A stretch of DNA of 43,660 nucleotides from Anaerolineae bacterium. Lineage in GTDB: Bacteria > Chloroflexota > Anaerolineae > JACIWP01. A program made the translations under genes and the position numbers. Below are positions 1-8,602 of this stretch, piece by piece. The notes under the pieces were generated by a model, which was not told the DNA's origin, did not search any database, and saw only the letters and a program-made list of their open reading frames with translations. Position 1 is the stretch's first letter. Each line of letters starts with the position of its first letter. The stretch lies in NCBI GenBank assembly GCA_028275445.1, contig JAPWUQ010000003.1:1-43660 (forward strand). Reading direction: 5' to 3'.

Positions 1-202
1 CGCGGGCACGTTCCGCCGGCGAAGGCTTGGCAGTGCCGATATCCATATGCCGGTAAATCAGCCGCGAGTCGGCGGAGATGATGGCGCCGTGAAAGCGCTC
101 CGCCAGGCGCAGGGCCAGGGCGCTCTTCCCCACGGCGGTCGGCCCAACAATGGCCAACAAGTGAACAGGCATCGAGGACGCAGTGCTCGTTCCAGTGCTC
201 AC
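1..202 (-). CDS. miaA: tRNA dimethylallyltransferase, 5' part (runs off window start)
   Basis: Manual translation: [50 protein letters not shown], with the MiaA P-loop and [12 protein letters not shown] motif. Start is GTG 202 (overlapping the upstream TGA) or ATG 172. Not in the ORF track. Confidence 0.93.
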   Translation of the reverse strand, partial: MSTGTSTASSMPVHLLAIVGPTAVGKSALALRLAERFHGAIISADSRLIYRHMDIGTAKPSPAERAR

Positions 203-1356
203 GGCAGTCGTTCTCCGGTGCAGGCATCGAAGAGCCGGGCATCTGCCGGCGCGCAGGCCAGCCGTATGATCTGCCGGCGCGGCACGCCGGCGGAGAGGGG
301 CAGTTTCGCCACGGCCGGATAGCCGGCTGTCCGGCCGTGCACCAGCAGGGCATGCTCTGAAGGATGTGGTTCGACCACCTCGACCTCCAGTTGGATGGGG
401 CCGGCGTCATCCGGATGGAGGTGCTCCGGTCGGATGCCGAACAGGATGGGCGTGCCGGCGCGCGGCGGCCGGCGGAGAAGCGGCATAGGAAGCCGCAGCG
501 GCCCGATCAGCACAGAATCAACATCCGCCTGCGCCGGCCAGATGTTCATCGGCGGCGAGCCGAGAAAGCCTGCCACGAAGGCGGTGGCCGGCCAATCATA
601 CAGCTCCCCGAAGGTGCCCACCTGTTCGATGCGGCCGGCGCGCATCACGGCAATGCGGTCCCCCATCGCCACGGCCTCGCTCTGGTCATGGGTGACGTAG
701 AGGCAGGTGCAGTGGAAGCGCCGCAGGAGGCGCTTGATCTCGGCGCGGGTCTTCACCCGCAGTTTGGCGTCCAGGTTCGAAAGCGGTTCGTCGAACAGGA
801 AAACGCTCGGCTCGCGAGCGATACAACGAGCGATTGCCACGCGCTGGCGCTCCCCCTCGGAAAGCTGGGGCGGCTTGCGGTCCAGGAGCAGGTCGAAACC
901 GACCCCCATAATTTGGGAAACGGTCCGCACCCGCTCCGGGATTTCCTCCTCGCGATGGTGGATGCGGAAGAAAAAGGCGATGTTCTCGCGGCTCTCCATA
1001 TGCGGGTACAGGGCGTAGTTCTGAAAGACCATGCCGATGCGGCGTTCGGCCGGGCTCAGGTCCGTGACATCCTGGTCGTTGAAGTAGACCCGGCCGGCAT
1101 CCGGCGGCACCAGCCCCGCAATCACCCGCAGGAGCGTGGTCTTGCCACAGCCCGATGGCCCGAGGACAGCCATGGTCTCGCCGGCGCGCACCAGCAGGTT
1201 CACGCCATCCAGCGCCAGGCCAGGCGGTGCCAGGAACTCGGGCTCCTGCATGCGGTCATAATATGTAGTAGGAGGACGCTCCGGGGTTTCCGCCGGCATT
1301 TCCGGGCCGGCGGCCCCGAAACGCTTGGAAACTCCCTCCAGCCGGATCAACGTCAC
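199..1356 (-). CDS. Carbohydrate-type ABC transporter ATP-binding protein (MalK/MsmX/UgpC family)
   Basis: Walker [22 protein letters not shown], signature LSEGERQR, Walker [19 protein letters not shown]-terminal GIRPEH TOBE region. Confidence 0.92.
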   Translation of the reverse strand: MTLIRLEGVSKRFGAAGPEMPAETPERPPTTYYDRMQEPEFLAPPGLALDGVNLLVRAGETMAVLGPSGCGKTTLLRVIAGLVPPDAGRVYFNDQDVTDLSPAERRIGMVFQNYALYPHMESRENIAFFFRIHHREEEIPERVRTVSQIMGVGFDLLLDRKPPQLSEGERQRVAIARCIAREPSVFLFDEPLSNLDAKLRVKTRAEIKRLLRRFHCTCLYVTHDQSEAVAMGDRIAVMRAGRIEQVGTFGELYDWPATAFVAGFLGSPPMNIWPAQADVDSVLIGPLRLPMPLLRRPPRAGTPILFGIRPEHLHPDDAGPIQLEVEVVEPHPSEHALLVHGRTAGYPAVAKLPLSAGVPRRQIIRLACAPADARLFDACTGERLP

Positions 1357-1359
1357 CGC

Positions 1360-1728
1360 CTATTCCTCCACCGCACTGCGGATCAGGCGACAGCGGAGCG
1401 GCTGACCATCCCTCGAAAGGTCCACGGCCACCAGGTCAATGCGCCAGGGACCGTCCCAATCCCATTCGGCGACCAGGTATCCGCCGCACTGCATCAGGCG
1501 TTCCCCCTTTATGCTGGTGATGGTCTCCTCCGGGGTGCTGAAGGCATTGTTCTGCCGGCGCGCCCGCACCTCCACCAGCACCAGCGCCTCCCCCTCTCGG
1601 GCGATGATGTCCACCTCGCCGGCCGGACAGTGCCAGTTGCGCGCCAGGATGGCATAGCCCAGGCCTTCCAGATAGCGCGCCGCGTGTTCCTCCGCCAGGC
1701 GCCCGCGGCGGTAGCTCGGCCGGCCCAT
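1360..1728 (-). CDS. yraN: YraN family (UPF0102) putative endonuclease
   Basis: G..AE..A..YL, RNWHCPAGEVDIIA, LVEVRAR, RIDLVAV motifs; ATG 1728 overlaps the rnhB stop; usual rnhB-yraN synteny. Confidence 0.9.
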   Translation of the reverse strand: MGRPSYRRGRLAEEHAARYLEGLGYAILARNWHCPAGEVDIIAREGEALVLVEVRARRQNNAFSTPEETITSIKGERLMQCGGYLVAEWDWDGPWRIDLVAVDLSRDGQPLRCRLIRSAVEE

Positions 1729-2381
1729 CAGTCCCCCTCCTCCGGGCATGCGGAGATGTTCCCCTGCACCAGTTGGGCCACCGGCGCATATGAGAAGCGG
1801 TGAATGGGGGATGGGCCATGGCGGAGCAGTGCCGCCCGATGTTCCTCGGTACCGTACCCCTTGTGGCGGGCGAAGCCGTAGGCCGGCAGCCATTGATGGG
1901 CGGCGGCCATCCAGTTGTCGCGGGTGACTTTGGCGATGATGGAGGCGGCGGCGATGGAGAAACAGCACTGGTCCCCTTTGATGATCGCCTCCTGGGGGCA
2001 GGAGACCTGCGGCAGGTGCAGTGCGTCGATCAGCAGGGCATCCGGCCGGCAGGTGAGCGATGCGAGCGCCAGCTCCATGGCTTTGCGGGTGGCCGGCAGG
2101 ATGCCGATGCGGTCAATCTCCTGCGCCGGCACGATGCCCACCCCCCAGGCGAGGGCACGGCGGATAATGGCGTGGTACAGCTCCTGCCGGCAGGAGGGGG
2201 AGAGGCATTTGGAATCATCCACCCCGGCCAGTTCCGCCGGCAGGTCCTCCAGCGGCGGCAGGATGACCGCGGCGGCCACGACCGGGCCGGCCCACGCGCC
2301 GCGTCCCGCCTCGTCCAGGCCGGCGACCCGCAGTGTGCCGGCATGCCACAGCCTTGCTTCTCGTTCCAGCGACGGCGGCAT
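1728..2381 (-). CDS. rnhB: Ribonuclease HII
   Basis: AGLDEAGRGAWAGPVVAAAV, DDSK, LLIDA, KGD, IAAASIIAKVTRD, HKGYGT motifs; probable start ATG 2381. Confidence 0.96.
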   Translation of the reverse strand: MPPSLEREARLWHAGTLRVAGLDEAGRGAWAGPVVAAAVILPPLEDLPAELAGVDDSKCLSPSCRQELYHAIIRRALAWGVGIVPAQEIDRIGILPATRKAMELALASLTCRPDALLIDALHLPQVSCPQEAIIKGDQCCFSIAAASIIAKVTRDNWMAAAHQWLPAYGFARHKGYGTEEHRAALLRHGPSPIHRFSYAPVAQLVQGNISACPEEGD

Positions 2382-2430
2382 TTGGCCAATCCTCCAGGCC
2401 CCAGGGGATCTTCCCGCTATATTGTACACG

Positions 2431-2463
2431 AAAACACGAAACCGGGGTACTGAAGACCCCGGC
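2431..2463 (-). terminator. Probable intrinsic terminator/hairpin after rplS
   Basis: CCGGGGT(2442-2448)/ACCCCGG(2456-2462) stem followed by a T-rich tract on the minus strand. Confidence 0.5.
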
Positions 2464-2503
2464 CTCGCCATACTGCCGTTTCCAAGGAGGGAGAATGTAG
2501 GAA

Positions 2504-2857
2504 CTAGCGCTCTTCCTTCAATCGGGCCGCCTTGCCCTTGAGGTCGCGCAGGAAATACAGCTTGGAGCGCCGCACCTTGGCACGCCGCACCACCTCTACC
2601 TTTTCAACGCGAGGGGAATGCAGGGGGAAGGTGCGCTCGACGCCGATGCCGCCGGCGGCAATGCGGCGCACGGTGAAATTGGCATTGGCCCCGCCGCCCT
2701 TGCGGATGCGGATCACGACGCCCTGGAAGACCTGGATGCGTTCGCGGTTGCCCTCCACAATGCGCGCATGCACCCGGACGGTGTCGCCTGGATGGAGCTC
2801 AGGGATATTCGGATTGGGTTCGACCGCTTCCACGGACTGCAGTAATGCGTTGTTCAT
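2504..2857 (-). CDS. rplS: 50S ribosomal protein L19
   Basis: [47 protein letters not shown]. Confidence 0.98.
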   Translation of the reverse strand: MNNALLQSVEAVEPNPNIPELHPGDTVRVHARIVEGNRERIQVFQGVVIRIRKGGGANANFTVRRIAAGGIGVERTFPLHSPRVEKVEVVRRAKVRRSKLYFLRDLKGKAARLKEER

Positions 2858-2873
2858 CTCGCCACCCCTTCAT

Positions 2874-2944
2874 CACAAGTAAAGAGCCCTGTTCGCCTTC
2901 CCTGCGCCAGAAGATACCGCCTCGCTGGGAACAGGGCCCTTGTG
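2874..2944 (-). ncRNA. Structured 5' leader of rplS (candidate L19 autoregulatory leader)
   Basis: Minus-strand pairings CACAAG/CUUGUG and GGGCCCUGUUC/GAACAGGGCUC between the promoter and the RBS. Confidence 0.4.
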
Positions 2945-2964
2945 TTCGGCTGTTACAGCCGGCC

Positions 2965-2993
2965 ATTATAACATAAGGTGTGGGGATATGCAA
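2965..2993 (-). promoter_or_regulatory. sigma70-type promoter of rplS
   Basis: TTGCAT-17 bp-TATAAT with extended -10 TG on the minus strand. Confidence 0.75.
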
Positions 2994-2998
2994 AAAAT

Positions 2999-4429
2999 TC
3001 AGCCCCCCTTGCCGGCCAGGCGCCGGCTGGCCCAGCGCTGGATGTCCTCCACAATACGGCCGGGCAGGGCCGGCTCATGGGCGGCCAGGATTTCCTCCAC
3101 CCGCGCATGGGCGCGCGCCAGCAGGGATTCCTCCGGCCGGCCGGTGCCGTGTTCACCCAGCCGGTCGAAGAGACTGCCGCTGAAGAACTCCGGCGAGCGG
3201 AGCATCTTCAGGGTAAGCGGGTCTTCCAGGAAATGGCCGCCGGGGCCGGCCCGCAGGATGGAATCGAAGCCCAGCATCTCCTCGGACGTGTCAATGCCCT
3301 CGGCCAGGCGCATGAGCAGGCCGGCGAGTTCCGCCTGAATGACGATCATCTCCGGGGACATGCCGACGGCGTTGTAACAGGAGCCCAGGCCGCCCATCAT
3401 ATTCTGCCCGAGGATGATGGAGGGGAACATCAGCAGAGCGCTTTCCATGCCGCACTGCATGTCGTGCCGGCCCACCAGGGAGCCCCCTGTCTCGCCGGTG
3501 ATGGGCAGGCCGTAGAACTTCCCCATCTGGATGAGAGCCGTTTTCCAGAGCATTTTGTCAGGGCTGTAGTAGATATCGTAGCCACTGCGCAGGTCGGTGA
3601 GGGAGGGGCCGGCGCCGTACAATATGGGCGCGCCCTCCCGCAGTAGCTGGCTGAGGGTGATGAGGAAGAGGTTTTCGGCGTTGGAGACCAGCAGGGTGCC
3701 GGCAAAGGTCAAGGGGGAGGTCGTGCCGGCCATCGGACAGACGACGGGGATGGTGGCCATGCCGCGCCGCACGCCCTCTTTCAGGATCCAGGCGTTGACA
3801 TCGGTGAGCATCAGCGGGCTGGTGACGGCGACGCCGAAGGAGAGCACCCGCCGGCGGCCCAGCGGCTGTCCATCGGCGTACATTTCGGCGACTTCCAGCC
3901 AATCGCGGGCCGACTCGACCGAGGCCGGCAGGGCCACGAGGTGTTTGGTGGTGTTGGTGGCGAAGGCCTCCAGGCTTTTGACATAGGCGGCGTCCGGCGG
4001 CAGGTCCGCGGGCGGCATATCCATGCGGTGAATATCGTCCACGATGGGGAGCGCGTCCCCCAGCCGGGTGTGGCGGACGATGTCATTCAGGACGGGCCGG
4101 CGCGGCTGGAGGGTCGCATAATCAATGATCCAGGGGTCAGTGACCAGGGAGCCGAAAACCCGATGCTCGCCCCCCACCAGGATGGGCCGGCCGTCCTGAT
4201 GGTGGATCTCGAACATGGGAGGCGCCAGCCGGCGCGCTTCTTCCACCAACTGGCGCGGGATGCGGACGATATTGCTGGCCTCGTCGACCCGCGCGCCGGC
4301 GGCGGCCAACACCTGCCGGCATTCGGCATCCAGGACCCGTACGCCGGCCTGCTCCAGCACATCCAGCGAGCGCTGATGGATGCGCTCAATCTCACCTTCA
4401 CTGAGCACGCGCAGTAAGAGCTTCCCCAT
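2999..4429 (-). CDS. Trimethylamine methyltransferase (MttB) family corrinoid methyltransferase, non-pyrrolysine
   Basis: LS..EIERIH..SL.VLE..GV N-terminus, SPL, PMAGTTSPLTFAGTL, YGLP, GPGGHFL; no in-frame TAG. Confidence 0.88.
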   Translation of the reverse strand: MGKLLLRVLSEGEIERIHQRSLDVLEQAGVRVLDAECRQVLAAAGARVDEASNIVRIPRQLVEEARRLAPPMFEIHHQDGRPILVGGEHRVFGSLVTDPWIIDYATLQPRRPVLNDIVRHTRLGDALPIVDDIHRMDMPPADLPPDAAYVKSLEAFATNTTKHLVALPASVESARDWLEVAEMYADGQPLGRRRVLSFGVAVTSPLMLTDVNAWILKEGVRRGMATIPVVCPMAGTTSPLTFAGTLLVSNAENLFLITLSQLLREGAPILYGAGPSLTDLRSGYDIYYSPDKMLWKTALIQMGKFYGLPITGETGGSLVGRHDMQCGMESALLMFPSIILGQNMMGGLGSCYNAVGMSPEMIVIQAELAGLLMRLAEGIDTSEEMLGFDSILRAGPGGHFLEDPLTLKMLRSPEFFSGSLFDRLGEHGTGRPEESLLARAHARVEEILAAHEPALPGRIVEDIQRWASRRLAGKGG

Positions 4430-4489
4430 TTTTCCCTCCTTCTTACGCTGGCTGTATTGGTCTTTTGTTCATGCCATCAGACCAGATTC

Positions 4490-4518
4490 AATATACCACG
4501 GCTTCGGCCGGCTGTCAA
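4490..4518 (-). promoter_or_regulatory. sigma70-type promoter of the MttB-family gene
   Basis: TTGACA-17 bp-TATATT with extended -10 TG. Confidence 0.7.
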
Positions 4519-4538
4519 GGCTTTCCTGCGAAGGGCGG

Positions 4539-4567
4539 TTGCACATTTGTGTATTTTCACTTATAAT
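4539..4567 (+). promoter_or_regulatory. sigma70-type promoter of the Fe-ADH/kinase/AOR cluster
   Basis: TTGCAC-17 bp-TATAAT. Confidence 0.72.
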
Positions 4568-4622
4568 GGGAGTATCAAACGGTGAGCCAAATTATGGCGG
4601 CCAGAATTGCGGCTATCATCCG

Positions 4623-5783
4623 ATGCAAAAGCTGGTGCGTTTCTCACTCCCCGAGGTTATCTTCGGCGACGGGGCTCGCTTTGGCGCTGTCCATGCACTG
4701 AAAGCGCTTGCGGTCGAACGTCCCCTCCTGGTCACCGATGCCGGCCTGATCGCCGCCGGCTGGGTGGAGGAACTCTCGCAGTATCTCCAGCATCACGGCG
4801 TCCCCGTGACCATCTGGAGCGCAGTCACTCCCAACCCGAAGGATCATGAGGTGATGGCCGGCGCTCGCCAGTACCTGCTCGAAGATTGCGATGGGCTGAT
4901 CGCCCTGGGGGGCGGCAGTGTCATTGACGCCGCCAAGGGCATCGGCCTGCTGGCCTCCCACGGCGGTGACCTGCACGATTACGTCGGCATTGGCCGAACG
5001 CGCGAGCCGCTCCCGCCGCTGATCGCCATCCCCACCACCGCCGGCAGTGGCGCCGATATCTCCCAGTACTGCGTCATCACCGACACGTCCGCACGCTGTA
5101 AGATGGTCATGGCGGACAAGAACCTGATCCCTGATATGTCCCTCATTGACCCGGAGACACTGCGCACCCTCTCGCCGGCCCAGGCCGCGCAGTCCGGCTT
5201 CGACGTCATCACCCACGCCGTCGAGGCATATCTCTCCATCGGGGCGAACGCGCTCACTGATTCACCGGCGCTGGAAGCGCTGGAGCTGGCGAATGCGCAC
5301 CTGGAACGCTTTGCCCAGGACCCGACCGATACAGAGGCCGGCCGGGGAATGGCCCTGGCCTGTCTGAAGGCCGCCGTGGCCTTCTCCAACGCCGGCCTGG
5401 GGCTGGCGCACGCGCTGGCCCACCAGATCGGCGGCGCCACCGACCTGCCGCATGGGTGCGTGATCATCCGGCTCCTCCCTTCCCTGCTCCGCCGCTATGC
5501 AGTGGCCGCGCCGGAGCGAACGGAACGGGTCGCGCGGGCCTTGGCTCCCTCCGACGCCGGCGACCGCGCGGTGGAGGGCGCGGTGCGCCGGCTGGAGGCC
5601 CTGCGCGCCGCCCTGGACTGCTTGACCCCAACCGATGTTCCCCAGCCGGAGCTGGAGACCCTGCGGCGCTGGGCAGAAGGCGCCCGGCATGACGTCTGCT
5701 TCCTTACCTCCCCCTGGAAACCGAACGCGGAGGAACTGGTGGCCCTTTTGCAGGAGTGTTGGAGCTGTGTCGGAGATCAATAA
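4623..5783 (+). CDS. Iron-containing alcohol dehydrogenase, ErcA-like
   Basis: F..PEVIFG.G, NPKDHEV, GGGSVIDAAKGI, PTTAGSGADISQ, and the metal-ligand motifs DVITH and AHALAHQIGG..DLPHG; start ATG 4623. Confidence 0.9.
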   Translation: MQKLVRFSLPEVIFGDGARFGAVHALKALAVERPLLVTDAGLIAAGWVEELSQYLQHHGVPVTIWSAVTPNPKDHEVMAGARQYLLEDCDGLIALGGGSVIDAAKGIGLLASHGGDLHDYVGIGRTREPLPPLIAIPTTAGSGADISQYCVITDTSARCKMVMADKNLIPDMSLIDPETLRTLSPAQAAQSGFDVITHAVEAYLSIGANALTDSPALEALELANAHLERFAQDPTDTEAGRGMALACLKAAVAFSNAGLGLAHALAHQIGGATDLPHGCVIIRLLPSLLRRYAVAAPERTERVARALAPSDAGDRAVEGAVRRLEALRAALDCLTPTDVPQPELETLRRWAEGARHDVCFLTSPWKPNAEELVALLQECWSCVGDQ

Positions 5784-8301
5784 GCCATTGAACCCTCCTC
5801 CCCAGGAACTGGAACAGGAACTGGACCGCCTCATCGGCCTCGGAACCATGAAGAGGCGGCATTACGCGGCGTTGAAGCGCGCCATGCGCGAGCTGGAGGA
5901 GCGGGCGGCGGCCCTGCGCCGGCGCAGTGAGGAGCTGGCCCTCATGGAACTGCGCTACCGCGCCCTCTTCGATAACATGCGCTCCCCCGTCGCGGTGTAC
6001 CAGGCGGTGAACGATGGGGAGGATTTCATCATCGTGGACTTCAACCGCGCCGCCGAAAAAACGGAGAAGGTCCAGCGGGAAAAGATCGTCGGCCACAGCG
6101 TGCGGGAGATATTTCCCGGCGTGATGGATTTCGGGCTGTTCGCCGTGTTCCAGCGGGTATACCGCACGGGCCGGCCGGAATCCCACGGCGCGGCGTTTTA
6201 TCAGGATGGGCGCATCGCCGGCTGGCGGGAGAACTACGTTTACAAGCTCCCCACCGGGGAAGTTGTGGCCGCCTACGAGGACCTGACCGAGCGCAAACAG
6301 GCGGAGCGGGCCTGGCGGGAAGCGGAACAGCGCCTGCGTCTGCTCATTGACCAGGTGCCCGTTACCATCTGGAGCGCCGATCGCGACCTGCGCGTCACCT
6401 ATCACACTGACCCCCTGTCCCCGGAGATGCGGCGCCTGGCGGCCGCCGGCCGCATCCTCGGCCGAACCCTCTATGAGATCGGCCAGGAGCTGTACGGCGA
6501 GAACTGGCCCACCATCGCCGCCGCCCGGCGCGCCCTGGCCGGCGAGACCGTACAGTTCGAGCATCGCACCTCGGACGGCCGCGTGCTGTTTTCCACCGCC
6601 TCGCCACTGCGGGACGAGGCCGGCCAGGTCATCGGCGTCGTCGGCGTCGCCATGGATATCACGGAACGCGTCGAAACCCAGCGCGCCCTGGTCGCCAGCG
6701 AGGAACGCCTGCGGCTCGTCGCCCGGCAGGCGCTGGTCAACATCTGGACGACCGACCGGGACCTGCGCATCACCTATCACTCTGGACCCATTACTGAGGA
6801 AATGCGCAGGATCGCCAACACGAAGGGGCTGGTGGGGCGCACGCTGTACGAGATCCATGCCGAGCTGTATGGGCAGGGGGAGCGTTCGCCGGGGCTGGAA
6901 GCCTCCCTGCGCGCCCTGGCCGGCGAAACAGTGCAGTATGAGCGCCACACGCCCGATGACCGCTATATCATCAACACGGTTTCCCCTCTGTACGATGACG
7001 AGGGCAACATCGCGGGGACCATTGGCATTGCCATTGACGTGACGGAGCGCCGCCGGCTGGAGCAACAGCTTCAACAGGCCCAGCGTCTGGAAGCGGTGGG
7101 TCAGCTCGCCGCCGGCGTCGCCCACGACTTCAACAACATCCTCACCGCCATCTTGGGCAATGCCAACCTGGCGCGCCTGACCGCGCCGGCATCCATCCAG
7201 CCCCTGCTGGCCGAGATCGAGCGCGGGGCCCGCCGCGCCGCCCAGCTCACCAAGCAACTGCTGGCCTTCGCCCAGCGTTCTGCCATCTATATGGCCCCGG
7301 TGGACGTGAACGCGGTGGTGCGCGAGGTAGTTTCCTTCCTCCGGGAGACCATTGACCGGCGCATTGACCTGGTGACGGAGCTGTCCGACGGCCTGCCGGC
7401 CGTTCAGGCCGATGCGACCCAGCTCCACCAGGTGTTGGTCAACCTGATCCTCAACGCGCGCGATGCCCTTTTGCCCCTGCTGGAGGAGGCCCACCCCAGG
7501 GAAACGGTCGGCCGGCCCTTGATCATCTCCGTCACGACCGATTTCGTCCATGTCGAACAGGTACCGCCCCACAGCCTGCTGAACGCCTCCCCAGGCGATT
7601 ACGTGCGCATCACCGTGCACGATACCGGCATCGGCATGGACAAAGGGACTCTGGAGCATATTTTCGAGCCCTTCTTCAGCACCAAGGGGCCAGGTAAGGG
7701 CACCGGCCTGGGGCTGGCCACCGTGTACGGCATCATCGCCCAGCATAAGGGATGGATCAACGTCTACAGCGAGCCGGGCACGGGCACGGCTTTCCGCATC
7801 TATCTGCCGGCCGCGCCGGCCACAGCCACCATACCAGCGCCGGCACCTGCCGCCACCGAAGAGCGGCCCACCGGCAGGGAGACCATCCTGGTGGTGGACG
7901 ATGAAGACTCCATCCTCTCCCTGCTCCAGCGCAGTCTGCCGGCCTACGGCTACCGCATCCTGACGGCCCAGGACGGCGCGGAGGCGCTGGAGATATACCG
8001 CCGGCAGGGGAACGAGATCGACCTGGTCCTGCTGGACCTCTCCATGCCGGGCATGTCCGGCCGAGAGGTCCTGGCTCAGCTCCTGGAGATCGCCCCGCAG
8101 GCACGCGTGCTCATCGCCAGCGGCTATGTCGCCGGCCATCAGGCGGTGCAAGGCCTGCTGGAGGCCGGCGCCCGCGGCTACGTCTCCAAACCCTATCAGC
8201 TTGACGAGCTTCTGCGCGCCATCCGCCAAACGCTGGATGCCGGCTCTTATCCCCCCAACGGGTCGCGGGCCTCGAACGCTTCGGCTGATGCCGGGGAGTG
8301 A
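5767..8301 (+). CDS. Cytoplasmic hybrid sensor histidine kinase (coiled coil, 3 PAS, HisKA, HATPase, REC), ErcS-like
   Basis: H-box GVAHDFNNIL, NLILNARDA, DTGIGM, FEPFFSTK, GTGLGL, receiver LVVDDE..LLDLSMPGMSG..SKPY; no TM helix; GTG 5767 after GGAG overlaps the ADH stop. Confidence 0.93.
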   Translation: MSEINKPLNPPPQELEQELDRLIGLGTMKRRHYAALKRAMRELEERAAALRRRSEELALMELRYRALFDNMRSPVAVYQAVNDGEDFIIVDFNRAAEKTEKVQREKIVGHSVREIFPGVMDFGLFAVFQRVYRTGRPESHGAAFYQDGRIAGWRENYVYKLPTGEVVAAYEDLTERKQAERAWREAEQRLRLLIDQVPVTIWSADRDLRVTYHTDPLSPEMRRLAAAGRILGRTLYEIGQELYGENWPTIAAARRALAGETVQFEHRTSDGRVLFSTASPLRDEAGQVIGVVGVAMDITERVETQRALVASEERLRLVARQALVNIWTTDRDLRITYHSGPITEEMRRIANTKGLVGRTLYEIHAELYGQGERSPGLEASLRALAGETVQYERHTPDDRYIINTVSPLYDDEGNIAGTIGIAIDVTERRRLEQQLQQAQRLEAVGQLAAGVAHDFNNILTAILGNANLARLTAPASIQPLLAEIERGARRAAQLTKQLLAFAQRSAIYMAPVDVNAVVREVVSFLRETIDRRIDLVTELSDGLPAVQADATQLHQVLVNLILNARDALLPLLEEAHPRETVGRPLIISVTTDFVHVEQVPPHSLLNASPGDYVRITVHDTGIGMDKGTLEHIFEPFFSTKGPGKGTGLGLATVYGIIAQHKGWINVYSEPGTGTAFRIYLPAAPATATIPAPAPAATEERPTGRETILVVDDEDSILSLLQRSLPAYGYRILTAQDGAEALEIYRRQGNEIDLVLLDLSMPGMSGREVLAQLLEIAPQARVLIASGYVAGHQAVQGLLEAGARGYVSKPYQLDELLRAIRQTLDAGSYPPNGSRASNASADAGE

Positions 8302-8308
8302 AACGCCA

Positions 8309-8542
8309 ATGGAAGAGACCGAAAAACTGCGCATCCTCATCCCTCACTGGATCGAGCACAACGCGGAACACGCGGCGGAGTTTGAGCGCTGGGCCCGCTC
8401 CGGCTGTCCCGGCTGTGAGCACATCCTGGAAGCCGCCCATTACATGGAAGCCGCGAACCAGGCCCTGCAGGCCGCGCTGGAGGAACTGGGCGGAGCGGCG
8501 GAAGGGCATGCCGGCCATTCCCATCCTCATCCACACGCCTGA
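8309..8542 (+). CDS. Small His-rich helical protein, putative metal-binding
   Basis: MEETEKLRILIPHWIEHNAEHAAEFERWA, CPGC, tail HAGHSHPHPH; GGGGAG RBS; fills the gap between kinase and AOR. Confidence 0.75.
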   Translation: MEETEKLRILIPHWIEHNAEHAAEFERWARSGCPGCEHILEAAHYMEAANQALQAALEELGGAAEGHAGHSHPHPHA

Positions 8543-8602
8543 GCCGGCCCATCCCTCCACAGGGGAAAGACCTGGCCCGATCCCGGGCATCGGAGGTGTA
8601 GC

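Noticed and set aside
364-1803. 479-aa plus-strand ORF and similar overlapping ORFs throughout the track
   Set aside because: Antisense or alternate-frame ORFs over confidently assigned genes, with low-complexity Arg/Pro/Ala/Gly composition.
2999-4429. Pyrrolysine or selenocysteine recoding
   Set aside because: MttB ORF is uninterrupted; no gene in the window appears split by an in-frame TAG or TGA.
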